DNA from: a virus
Taxonomy: Duplodnaviria; Caudoviricetes
Virus record (IMG/VR): IMGVR_UViG_3300004369_000021
Span: 1-53,556 of that record
Direction: 5' to 3' (one strand)
DNA length: 53,556 bases
Positions 1-8,767 of this stretch are shown here, piece by piece (the first letter of the stretch is position 1; each line of letters starts with the position of its first letter). The position numbers and the translations under genes were made by a program. The notes beneath the pieces were generated by a model. That model was not told the origin of the DNA. It ran no database searches and saw only the letters and a list, made by a program, of their open reading frames with translations.

Positions 1-99
1 GGATCTGGCGGCTCAGGCAAAACCTACGGTGGTGGCGCGGGCAATAATAATCAAACCGGCGGCGTAGGAGCGGTTAGAATTATCTGGCCAGGAACCAGC
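1..99. repeat. Terminal direct repeat, left copy (circular-assembly overlap)
   Basis: 1-99 is identical to 53458-53556, and an ORF reads in frame across the junction. Confidence 0.95.
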
Positions 100-135
100 C
101 GTTCGTTCCCGAACACCAACACGGGGGATCTATAA
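1..135 (+). CDS. 3' end of FN3/glycine-rich paralog 1 (starts at 52579 and wraps the junction)
   Basis: Frame 1 reads ...GAVRIIWPGTSRSFPNTNTGDL*. The stop TAA at 133-135 overlaps the next ATG, and the C-terminus matches the other two paralogs. Confidence 0.85.
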   Translation, partial: GSGGSGKTYGGGAGNNNQTGGVGAVRIIWPGTSRSFPNTNTGDL

Positions 136-1232
136 TGCCTAATTTAAGTGGTATTTGGACATCGCGTCAGCAGATGCAGGCTCGTGGGGCGAACATTTGG
201 CCAGCGGCTCCTGGTGCTCCAACGATTGGAACTGCCACAGCGACTGGGGGAGTCTCGGCGAGTGTGACGTTTACCGCTCCTGCTGACACAGGTTATCCGG
301 CTAACGCAATCACCAGCTACACGGTCACTTCAAACCCTGGAAACATAACGGCAACTGGCGCTTCTTCACCGATCGCGGTTTCTGGTTTGACGACTGGAAC
401 AACATACACATTCACGGTCACCGCCACCAACGCTTCAGGAACTGGACCAGCATCTGCCGCGAGCAACACCGTTACACCCATTGCTCAGGGTCAGCAAGCC
501 TACACTACGGCAGGGACTTACTCTTGGGTGGCTCCTGCGGCGGTAACTTCTGTTGCTGTTGTTGCTGTTGGTCCTGGTGGTCGTGGTAGTGCAGGTGCTG
601 GTGGAAACGGTGGCGGTGAGTTGCGTTATACAAATAATATTTCAGTTACTGCTGGAAATAGTTATACAGTAGTTGTTGGTGCAGCCACAGTAAATACTGG
701 CGGTGCATATGGAACATCTAGTACGTTCGCTGGTACTTTGTGTGTGGCAAACGCTGGGCAAAACGCTGTTGCCGGCTCACAAGCTGGTGTTGGTGGTAGT
801 GGCGGAACAGGTACTGGCGGTGGAAATGGTGGCTCTGGCGGTATTGCCCAGAACTCTTATGGCTCTGGTGGAGGTGCTGGTGGATATGCTGGTGCTGGTG
901 GAAACGGCTCTGGCACAGGCTCTCCCTCTTCAGGCAGCGGTGGCGGTGGCGGTGGCGGTGCGTCATACACAGGCTCCAATTATTTGGTTGCATATGGCGG
1001 CGGTGGCGTTGGGATACTTGGCCAAGGCGCAAACGGGGCTGCAGGCGGTGGCGGTGGTTCAGGGGGCAGCAATGGACTACAAGCTAACGCTCAAGGCGGC
1101 ACTTATGGTGGCGGTGGCGGCGCTGCCGATGGTTCATCAACAGTTTCAGGCCTTCCTGGTGGTGGTGCAGTCCGCATCATCTGGCCAGGAAGCAGCCGTT
1201 CGTTCCCTTCAACTAACACCGGCGATCTGTAA
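135..1232 (+). CDS. FN3 + glycine-rich virion/receptor-binding protein, paralog 2
   Basis: FN3-like segment (APGAPTIGTATA...YTVTS...GLTTGTTYTFTVTATN) followed by a Gly-rich domain ending GAVRIIWPG. Confidence 0.75.
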   Translation: MPNLSGIWTSRQQMQARGANIWPAAPGAPTIGTATATGGVSASVTFTAPADTGYPANAITSYTVTSNPGNITATGASSPIAVSGLTTGTTYTFTVTATNASGTGPASAASNTVTPIAQGQQAYTTAGTYSWVAPAAVTSVAVVAVGPGGRGSAGAGGNGGGELRYTNNISVTAGNSYTVVVGAATVNTGGAYGTSSTFAGTLCVANAGQNAVAGSQAGVGGSGGTGTGGGNGGSGGIAQNSYGSGGGAGGYAGAGGNGSGTGSPSSGSGGGGGGGASYTGSNYLVAYGGGGVGILGQGANGAAGGGGGSGGSNGLQANAQGGTYGGGGGAADGSSTVSGLPGGGAVRIIWPGSSRSFPSTNTGDL

Positions 1233-1247
1233 ATCAAGGAGAAAACC

Positions 1248-1679
1248 ATGGAACTTTTCATTCGCATCAAAGACGGCCAGCCGTTCGAGCATCCTATCTT
1301 CGGCGACAACTTCCGCCAAGCGTTTCCTGACGTTGACGTGAACAACCTGCCGCCTGAGTTTGCACGCTTCGAGCGTTTTGAGCCTCCTGCTCTTGGAGTT
1401 TACGAAAAGAACTTGCGCGTGCAGTACGAGCGCGGCGCGGACGGCGTGTACCGCGACGTTTGGCGCTGCGACAAGATGACAGCTGAAGAAGTCAAAGCCA
1501 AGCAGGATGAAGTCAAAGCGCAGTGGGCCGCAAACCCCGACGCACCCAAGTCTTGGGTTTTCAACACTGGAACTTGCGCGTTCGAGGCTCCCGTGCCTTA
1601 TCCGACAACGGGAAAGTTTTACCGTTGGGACGAACCTTCTATTTCTTGGGTTGAAATCACGCCAGAGGTGGTGGAATGA
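1248..1679 (+). CDS. Hypothetical protein, possible tail-fiber assembly chaperone
   Basis: RBS AAGGAG; lies between fiber-like paralogs; C-terminal SWVF..C.FEAPVPYP...YRWDE...W motif recurs in phage fiber-associated proteins. Confidence 0.5.
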   Translation: MELFIRIKDGQPFEHPIFGDNFRQAFPDVDVNNLPPEFARFERFEPPALGVYEKNLRVQYERGADGVYRDVWRCDKMTAEEVKAKQDEVKAQWAANPDAPKSWVFNTGTCAFEAPVPYPTTGKFYRWDEPSISWVEITPEVVE

Positions 1680-2923
1680 GCGAGCAATATCCTGGTGGTT
1701 ATATAACCAAGACACCTCCGACCCCGACGGCAACTACGGCTCCTGGTCTTTGGAGTTTGAGCCAACAAGCTGGTTACCGCAAACTTGGGTTGTGGCCGGT
1801 GTCTCCAGGAGCGCCAACCATTGGCACCGCTACGGTCACGAGCAGCACCGCCGTGAGCGTAGCGTTCACTGCGCCCGCTGACGCAGGAAGTTCTGCAATA
1901 ACGCAATACACGGCGACCTCTTCTCCAGGAGGACTCACGGGGACGGCTTCCTCTTCTCCGATAACCGTTTCTGGTTTGACAACCGGAACGACTTACACAT
2001 TCACGGTCACAGCAACCAATGGTGCAGGAACAGGACCAGCATCTGCGGCGAGTAATAGCGTCACGCCGCAAATAGTTACAGGGCAACAAGCCTACACGAC
2101 AGCGGGAACATATAGCTGGGTTGCCCCAGCGGGTGTCACTTCAGTCAGTGTCGTAACCGTCGGCGGCGGTGGCGGCGGTTCTGCCGGGCGCAGGGGAGAC
2201 AACGGCGGCGGTGGCGGCGGTGGTGGCGCGCTAGCTTATCTCAATAATTATTCCGTAACGCCAGCCAGTTCATACACCGTTGTTGTTGGGGCCGCCGGTA
2301 ATGGTTCTTCTGGTGGAGACGGTTCTGCCGGAGGATCATCATATTTTGTAAGCACGGCGACCGTTGGTGCTGGAGGAGGCGCTCAAGGGTTGTACAGTAG
2401 TGGCAACGGCGGCGCTGGTGGGTCTGTTCTTGCGGGAACGGGAGGTTCTGGCGGGGCGGGCGGTACACGCTCATCGTTGGACGCTGGAGGCGGCGGAGGG
2501 GCGGCGGGTTACGCTGGCAACGGCGGCGCTGGCGCAGCGGCTGGAACTACGGGTGCTTCAGGTTCTGGCGGCGGTGCGGGTGGCGGAACAAGCGGTGTCG
2601 GAGGACCTTTCGGGCCTCCGTACGGTTGCGGCTCAGGAGGCGGCGGTGTAGGTATTCTCGGGCAAGGAACTAACGGGTCTGGTGGCTCTCTTTCAGGAAC
2701 AACGGTCAATGGCGGCGGCGCAGGCTCAAGCGGCACAGCAGGAACAAACGCAAGTACAAATTCACAAAACGGCACGGTCGGTGGTGCGTATGGTGGCGGA
2801 GGCGGCGGAGGCGCAGCTAACGACACAACCGGAGCAGGTGCGGCTGGCGCGGTAGGCGCAGTCCGAATCATATGGCCTGGAACAACTCGCCAATTCCCTT
2901 CAACCGACACAGGAAACCTTTGA
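1676..2923 (+). CDS. FN3 + glycine-rich virion/receptor-binding protein, paralog 3
   Basis: Same architecture as 135..1232 (GQQAYTTAGTYSWVAPA and GAVRIIWPG shared). Confidence 0.75.
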   Translation: MSEQYPGGYITKTPPTPTATTAPGLWSLSQQAGYRKLGLWPVSPGAPTIGTATVTSSTAVSVAFTAPADAGSSAITQYTATSSPGGLTGTASSSPITVSGLTTGTTYTFTVTATNGAGTGPASAASNSVTPQIVTGQQAYTTAGTYSWVAPAGVTSVSVVTVGGGGGGSAGRRGDNGGGGGGGGALAYLNNYSVTPASSYTVVVGAAGNGSSGGDGSAGGSSYFVSTATVGAGGGAQGLYSSGNGGAGGSVLAGTGGSGGAGGTRSSLDAGGGGGAAGYAGNGGAGAAAGTTGASGSGGGAGGGTSGVGGPFGPPYGCGSGGGGVGILGQGTNGSGGSLSGTTVNGGGAGSSGTAGTNASTNSQNGTVGGAYGGGGGGGAANDTTGAGAAGAVGAVRIIWPGTTRQFPSTDTGNL

Positions 2924-2955
2924 GCGTCAACAAAAGAGGATGAACGAGGCTAAAG

Positions 2956-3420
2956 ATGGATTTGCCAAAGATCACACCAGTGGTGCAGTTTGTGACCGCT
3001 TCGTTTGCTTTGGCGGTGGGCGGTTACACGGCTGGAGACAAATTCGGATGGTTTCAAAGACCGATCCTAGAGTGGGCTCCAGAGCACTTCAGCATTGCGA
3101 CGGCAAAAATCGGAGAACCAATAACCGTGACCGTTGCTAGAATCAAAAAGAGGGACGATTGTTCTGTGGAAAGTTTCGAACCAACTGTCAGAGACTTTTC
3201 AGGCATGGTTCATGCCGCTGTCCCGAGCATGAGCAAGTTCACTGGGCCAGCCGGTCCAGAGATCGACACGTTCACCTACGAATTGACACTATCCGACGAA
3301 GAAACTGTAGCTGCAGGACAAGCAACTTTGTTGGCAATCATAAAATACAAGTGTCCTGAAGGAGAGCGAACTGTGACGTACCCGCGTCATCAAAACCTAA
3401 CCTTTATGATGGAGGAATGA
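2956..3420 (+). CDS. Hypothetical protein with N-terminal hydrophobic segment, in the lysis region
   Basis: 154-aa ORF abutting the holin-like gene; N-terminal TM/signal segment; two Cys. Confidence 0.6.
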   Translation: MDLPKITPVVQFVTASFALAVGGYTAGDKFGWFQRPILEWAPEHFSIATAKIGEPITVTVARIKKRDDCSVESFEPTVRDFSGMVHAAVPSMSKFTGPAGPEIDTFTYELTLSDEETVAAGQATLLAIIKYKCPEGERTVTYPRHQNLTFMMEE

Positions 3421-3891
3421 ATGCTTGAAACGCTGTTAGGAGGGGTCTTTGGAGGCGTGCTGCGGCTTGCGCCGGAAGTCTTCAAGATCTTCGACAAGAA
3501 AAACGAGCGGTCGCACGAGTTGGCGATGCTCAGTGCGGAAATGGAATTCACCCGTCTACGCGGCGAGATCGCCATGCGCCAGACCGAAGCCGCAATGACC
3601 GTGGCGGAACTGGACACGATGGCCGAGGCGTTCAAGGAACAAAGCCGCACGGCGTCCAATGCAGGGAAATTGGTTTCTGCGATCTCTGCTCTGGTGCGCC
3701 CGTTCGTGACTTACCTGTTCGTTTTCTTGTTCGCGGCTGTGAAGGTGGCTGGTTACTTGATCGCGCTGCAGCAAGGTGGTGAATGGAAGACCGTTCTGGT
3801 CGAACTTTGGGGTGTGGACGACATGGCCGTGCTCAACATGATCTTGTCGTTCTGGTTTGTGGGTCGGGTCTATGAACGCACCCGTAAGTGA
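3421..3891 (+). CDS. Putative holin (GTA 3TM-holin-like)
   Basis: Hydrophobic helices, ...ALVRPFVTY... and ...FWFVGR motifs, directly upstream of the endolysin. Confidence 0.6.
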   Translation: MLETLLGGVFGGVLRLAPEVFKIFDKKNERSHELAMLSAEMEFTRLRGEIAMRQTEAAMTVAELDTMAEAFKEQSRTASNAGKLVSAISALVRPFVTYLFVFLFAAVKVAGYLIALQQGGEWKTVLVELWGVDDMAVLNMILSFWFVGRVYERTRK

Positions 3892-4330
3892 AGCTGTCGA
3901 GATCGCAGCCGCTCTTTGCCGACCCTTTGAGGGGTTGCGCCTCAAACCGTACATCTGTCCGGCTGGCTATCCCACGATCGGTTACGGCACGGTCTACAAG
4001 CCAGACGGCACCAAAGTGACGATGGATCATCCGCCGATCAGCAAAGAAACTGCTGAAGAATGGTTGATGGTTGAACTCCAGAAGACTTATGTTTCTGGCG
4101 TTTTGCAAGCGTCACCACACTTGATTGCGTACCCGAACATCTTGGGTGCGCTCGGCGATTTTGCCTACAATCTTGGTGTTCCGCGATATCGCGCCAGCAC
4201 TCTGAAGCGCAGAATCGATGAAAAAGACTGGGAAAGTGCTAAGACAGAACTGATGCGATGGGTGCGTGGAGGCGGTCGCGTTCTGCCTGGATTGGTGAAA
4301 AGAAGGAAGGCAGAATGTGAAATCTTCTGA
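3872..4330 (+). CDS. Endolysin, GH24 phage lysozyme
   Basis: FEGLRLKPYICPAGYPTIGYG catalytic motif, DFAYNLG, and GLVKRRKAE C-terminus; start codon uncertain. Confidence 0.92.
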   Translation: MNAPVSEAVEIAAALCRPFEGLRLKPYICPAGYPTIGYGTVYKPDGTKVTMDHPPISKETAEEWLMVELQKTYVSGVLQASPHLIAYPNILGALGDFAYNLGVPRYRASTLKRRIDEKDWESAKTELMRWVRGGGRVLPGLVKRRKAECEIF

Positions 4331-4336
4331 AATCAC

Positions 4337-4366
4337 TTGTCTTTTACACACTTTCGAGACTATAAT
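4337..4366 (+). promoter_or_regulatory. Sigma70-like promoter
   Basis: TTGTCT-N18-TATAAT in an AT-rich intergenic gap. Confidence 0.7.
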
Positions 4367-4417
4367 TAACACAAAACGGCGCATGCTGTATCAGCTGCTT
4401 GAACCTACGGAGTGGTC

Positions 4418-5050
4418 ATGGCATACAGTATGACATATGACAGTTTGCTGACGGACGCACGCCGTTACCTTGAGCGCGGTTTCACCGCCGAAAGTGACGA
4501 AGTCGTCTACGAGCAATTGCCTCGCCTGATAACGCTAGGCGAGCGTCGCATTGCGCGCGAACTGAAGATTCAAGGATTCATTCGTGCCGTGCAAACCCCA
4601 TTGCAGGTCGGTGTGGCGGTTTACCTCAAGCCAGACCGCTGGCGCGACACCATCTCCATGACGGTCGACGGTTCGCCGATCTACGCACGCTCTTACGAGT
4701 ATTGCCGTAGCTATTGGCCGAACGAAGCCGAAACAGGTTCTCCGAACTTCTACGCCGACTACGACTATCAACACTGGCTTGTCACACCGACACCGGCTTC
4801 TGCTCAGACGCTGGAGGTGATGTATTACGAACAGCCAGCGTTGTTGGGCGATGATTCTCAAACCAACTGGCTCACCGAGTATGCACCCGACTTGTTGACT
4901 TATGCGACACTGTTGGAGGCGACGCCGTTTCTGAAAAACGACGAGCGCATCCAGACTTGGCAGGCCATGTACGATCGTGCAGCGCAGGCGTTGAACGGCG
5001 AAGACCTCAAGCGCATCATGGATCGTTCAGCGAATAGGAGTGAAGCGTAA
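4418..5050 (+). CDS. Head-tail adaptor / tail tubular protein A-like
   Basis: TYDSL...PRLITLGERRIAREL, G.P.FYA, and TNWL...PDLL.YATLLEA pattern of podovirus adaptor proteins. Confidence 0.6.
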   Translation: MAYSMTYDSLLTDARRYLERGFTAESDEVVYEQLPRLITLGERRIARELKIQGFIRAVQTPLQVGVAVYLKPDRWRDTISMTVDGSPIYARSYEYCRSYWPNEAETGSPNFYADYDYQHWLVTPTPASAQTLEVMYYEQPALLGDDSQTNWLTEYAPDLLTYATLLEATPFLKNDERIQTWQAMYDRAAQALNGEDLKRIMDRSANRSEA

Positions 5051-6252
5051 TGCCAATTTACACAGACGTGTTCGGCGGCGCGAACATTTATCCCAGCGAA
5101 ATCAGCTACAGCGCCATTGCGTTGTCCGCTGACGTCACCCTAAGCTGGCCTGAAGAGACCTCGACCAACACCAACCTCGCAACCCGCATCATCGATGTGA
5201 CGCCGTCCGCTTCTGGTTTCAGCGTCATCCTTCCGGACGCCGACAAGACCGGCACAGGAAACACGATCCTTTTCAACAACCGTGGTGCGAACACTTTCAC
5301 GGTCAAAAATTCGAGCGGCGTTCAGGTTGTTTCGATCGCAGCTGGAACGCTTTGGCAGGTTTACGTTGCTGACAACAGCACGGCGGCTGGTGTTTGGCGT
5401 TCACTGCAGTACGGCGCGACCACTTCTACAGCCAACGCCTCTGCTCTCGCTGGGACAGGCATCGTTGCGGTGGGTGCGTTGCTCAGCCAATCAGTTCCGG
5501 TCACCGAGTTCAACTCAAATTACACAACCACAGCTGCTGACCGCGCCAAGATGTTTAACTGGACAGGAGCAGGTGGAACTTTTTCGTTGCCGGACGTAAC
5601 AGCGGTCGGAAATAACTGGTTCGTCTATCTCCGCAATTCCGGATCTGGAGCTATTGTGGCAGATCCTCCAGGAGCCATCAACATTGATGGTTCGGCTTCT
5701 TTAAGCATTCAGCCAAATGAATCTGCGATCATCGTGTCAGACGGAGTCAATTTCTACACGATTGGCTTCGGACAATCAGCCACGTTCGCCTTTGACTACA
5801 CCGTCATCAATGTCCCTGGAACTGGCACATATACTCTGACCGGCTCTGAGTTGAACCGCGTTTCCTACCGCTTTACCGGCACCTTGACGGGGAACCGAAC
5901 CGTTGTAATCCCCGCGACCGTGCAGCAGTATTGGGTTGACAACCAGACGACGGGTGCTTACGCCTTCACGATTTCTCCTTCTGGCGGTGGAACAAGTTTC
6001 GTCGTTGCTCAAGGCGAGCGCGTAATCCTTTATTGCGACGGCACAGACGTGCTGAATGCTTCGACGCAAGGCATTTCTGTCCCTTTGACGATTTCGGAAG
6101 GCGGCACAGGCGCGACAACCGCTGGCGCAGCACTGATCAATCTCGGTGGAACTTCAGTCGGTATTGGTGTTTTCACTGCTGTTGATGGGGCAGCAGCTTA
6201 TGCGGCTCTTGGCGCTTTGCCTGCTGGCGTTGTTGATGGAGGCGCGTTCTGA
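5050..6252 (+). CDS. Virion structural (tail) protein
   Basis: 400 aa, Thr/Gly-rich and beta-type; GGTGATT and a terminal DGGAF motif shared with the tail fiber. Confidence 0.6.
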   Translation: MPIYTDVFGGANIYPSEISYSAIALSADVTLSWPEETSTNTNLATRIIDVTPSASGFSVILPDADKTGTGNTILFNNRGANTFTVKNSSGVQVVSIAAGTLWQVYVADNSTAAGVWRSLQYGATTSTANASALAGTGIVAVGALLSQSVPVTEFNSNYTTTAADRAKMFNWTGAGGTFSLPDVTAVGNNWFVYLRNSGSGAIVADPPGAINIDGSASLSIQPNESAIIVSDGVNFYTIGFGQSATFAFDYTVINVPGTGTYTLTGSELNRVSYRFTGTLTGNRTVVIPATVQQYWVDNQTTGAYAFTISPSGGGTSFVVAQGERVILYCDGTDVLNASTQGISVPLTISEGGTGATTAGAALINLGGTSVGIGVFTAVDGAAAYAALGALPAGVVDGGAF

Positions 6253-8099
6253 TGCCTGAGTCGACCATCATCCTTCGTTCTAATCCTGGAATCAAGCGGG
6301 ACGGAACTAAATTTGAAGGCGACCACTACACCGACGGCCAGTGGGTTCGTTGGCAGCGTGGGTTGCCTCGGAAGATGGGCGGCTATCGTGCAACGCAGAA
6401 GTACCTCAACGAAATCAGCCGTGGGTTTTCGAACTTCACGCAGCAGAACTTCGTTTATTGTCACTCTGGCGGTGCGACCAAGATGGAGCGTTTCACGCTC
6501 GACGAAACAGCCAACAGTTCCGTCGTCACTGACCGCACGCCGGTCGTTGCACCAGCAAGTGGCACGGTCACGCTTGTTTCCGGCGCGGCAGGTTCGGTCG
6601 ACAGCATAACGGTCGATGGCGTCAACGTCATGTCTGGCGCGGTTTCATTCACGGCAGACCTTGCCACGACAGCCACCGCCGTAGCCGCAAACATAACCGC
6701 GCACACCTCGGTTCCGAACTACACCGCTGCAGCTGTTGGACAAGTCATAACGATCACCGCTGACGACGACGGTTCGTATCAGAACGGTTACGCTGTGGTC
6801 ACGACCACCACGACGATCGTTGCGACCGACACGGACATGGACGGCGGGTGCGACGCCTACGTGACCAGCAACAACAACATGTGGATGTTCGATTATCAGT
6901 ACGACTCGTCCACCAACCAAAACTACATCATCGCTCAAGTCGCTCCAAACCTTGATTGCTCGTGCAACGACGAAGGCGGACAGATTTTCTTCGGTGAGGT
7001 GCTCGGCACCGCGCCGTTCCAGAGCGTCAACCTCCCTCCAGACGCCAACTGTACGGGTGGAATAGTTTCGCTCCACCCGTACCTTTTTTACTACGGCACG
7101 GACGGAATCATCGGGTGGTCGGTTCCTGGAGAGCCGACAAACTTGACTTACCTTTCTGGCGGTGCAGGGTTGGCTCGTGTTTGGGGTCAAAAGATCATCA
7201 AGGGCATGCCTCTGCGAGCCGGTTCCGGTACTGCACCCGCTGGCATCTTCTGGGCGTATGACGCCGTAATCCGTGCGACTTTCACCGGTGGTGCGACGAC
7301 GTTCCAGTTCGACACGGTGGCGACCGACACTTCAATCATCTCGCCCAACAGCGTTGTCGACTACGACGGTGTTTTCTTCTGGTGCGGCGTTGACCGGTTC
7401 TTGATGTTCAACGGCGTGGTGCGCGAAGTTCCGAACACGATGAACTTGAATTATTTTTTCGACGGCATCAACATGCGTCAAGCGATGAAGGTCTTCGCCT
7501 TCAAAGTTCCGAAGTATGGAGAAATCTGGTGGTGCTATCCGCGTGGTGAGGCCACCGAATGCACGCATGCTGTTGTTTACAACGTGCGTGAGAACACTTG
7601 GTACGACACCGAGTTGCCCAACGAAGGTCGCGCAGCAGGTCAGTTCAACAACTCTTTCCGTGCTCCGATCCTCGCCGGAACGCAAGCAACGAACAACGAC
7701 TACCGCGTCTGGGTGCACGAGCAGGGTGTGGACGAATTCGACGGCTCCAACATCTCCCCGATCAAGTCCTACTTCGAGACAGCCGACCTTTCCAACCTTG
7801 TCCAAGGAAGAAACCAATACATGCGCATCACGCGCATCGAACCCGACTTCGTGCAAAATGGACCGATGACCGTGCAAATAACCGGTCGCGCCAACGCACG
7901 CGCTCCAGAAATTTACAGCAGCATCTTCACGTTCTTGGATCCGGAAGACATCACAGAACCACAACAACAGATCGTGATGTTGAAAGAACAGCGCAGGGAA
8001 CTGCGGGTGCGGTTCGAAAGCAACTCCGTCTACGGCGACTACCAAATGGGACAGATCATCGGTCACATCTCGACCGGCGACGGGACGGTGTTGGGATGA
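6252..8099 (+). CDS. Tail nozzle / DNA stabilization protein (P22 gp10 / T7 gp12-like)
   Basis: PGIKRDGT N-terminus, EIWWCYP...HAVVYN...W beta-propeller-type motifs, position after the adaptor. Confidence 0.6.
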   Translation: MPESTIILRSNPGIKRDGTKFEGDHYTDGQWVRWQRGLPRKMGGYRATQKYLNEISRGFSNFTQQNFVYCHSGGATKMERFTLDETANSSVVTDRTPVVAPASGTVTLVSGAAGSVDSITVDGVNVMSGAVSFTADLATTATAVAANITAHTSVPNYTAAAVGQVITITADDDGSYQNGYAVVTTTTTIVATDTDMDGGCDAYVTSNNNMWMFDYQYDSSTNQNYIIAQVAPNLDCSCNDEGGQIFFGEVLGTAPFQSVNLPPDANCTGGIVSLHPYLFYYGTDGIIGWSVPGEPTNLTYLSGGAGLARVWGQKIIKGMPLRAGSGTAPAGIFWAYDAVIRATFTGGATTFQFDTVATDTSIISPNSVVDYDGVFFWCGVDRFLMFNGVVREVPNTMNLNYFFDGINMRQAMKVFAFKVPKYGEIWWCYPRGEATECTHAVVYNVRENTWYDTELPNEGRAAGQFNNSFRAPILAGTQATNNDYRVWVHEQGVDEFDGSNISPIKSYFETADLSNLVQGRNQYMRITRIEPDFVQNGPMTVQITGRANARAPEIYSSIFTFLDPEDITEPQQQIVMLKEQRRELRVRFESNSVYGDYQMGQIIGHISTGDGTVLG

Positions 8100-8332
8100 G
8101 CAGCATTCGCGTCACTTTGCCGACTGGGATGGGCTTGCGGGACTGGGCAGACCAGATCGCGCTCGACCTTGACCCTTATGGTGCGTTCGGTCGGCTGGAC
8201 GACGAGAACCAATGGCAAAACTGGGCGATGCAATTCCTGAATAACATGTCCTTGAAAGAGAACGTACCCGTTCCTTACAACTTTGAAAACTGGCGGGAGT
8301 GGGCTGAAAGGTTCTGTCAGGTGTTGGAATGA
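8096..8332 (+). CDS. Small Trp-rich hypothetical virion protein (78 aa)
   Basis: ATGA overlaps with both neighbours; MSSIRVTLP...WREWAERF. Confidence 0.7.
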   Translation: MSSIRVTLPTGMGLRDWADQIALDLDPYGAFGRLDDENQWQNWAMQFLNNMSLKENVPVPYNFENWREWAERFCQVLE

Positions 8333-8766
8333 AGTTTGTTGGGTTCGCACGAGAAGAAGAGGCTGAACAATGGGCACGCAAGAAGTTGGGTTTGGAGCAC
8401 GCGCCGGAGTTTTTCCGAGCGATGAGTGCTGTAGACGAGACGGGAGAATTCATGTGCGTTGTTGTGATGACGAACTTCAACTCGACGAACGTCGACATAA
8501 GCATCGCGATGGACGGTAAGAAAATGAGACCGAAAGCAACAATCGAGATGTTCAACGAGGTGTTCGGCTTTTTGTTCGACCGGCTGCACGTCAAGCGTTC
8601 GACAGGTTTGACGGACAGCGACAACAAGTCTGCGCAACGCATCATTGAACATTTTGGGTTCAAATTAGAAGGCGTCATGCGCAAGGCAGCAGCGCGTGGC
8701 CGCGACCTGATGGTCTACGGCTTCTTGGCTGAAGAGTATCACAATCACGCTTGGCGGAGAGGTTAA
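8329..8766 (+). CDS. GNAT-family acetyltransferase (in a T7 gp13-like position)
   Basis: N..AQRIIEHFGFKLEGVMR RimJ/RimL-type motif; precedes the internal virion protein genes. Confidence 0.75.
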   Translation: MKFVGFAREEEAEQWARKKLGLEHAPEFFRAMSAVDETGEFMCVVVMTNFNSTNVDISIAMDGKKMRPKATIEMFNEVFGFLFDRLHVKRSTGLTDSDNKSAQRIIEHFGFKLEGVMRKAAARGRDLMVYGFLAEEYHNHAWRRG

Positions 8767-8767
8767 C

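Noticed and set aside
1-99. 99-bp terminal repeat as a biological direct terminal repeat
   Set aside because: It falls mid-gene and equals a common assembler k-mer length, so it is best read as a circularisation overlap
135-2923. Diversity-generating retroelement acting on the paralogs
   Set aside because: No reverse transcriptase gene and no template/variable repeat pair with adenine-specific mismatches
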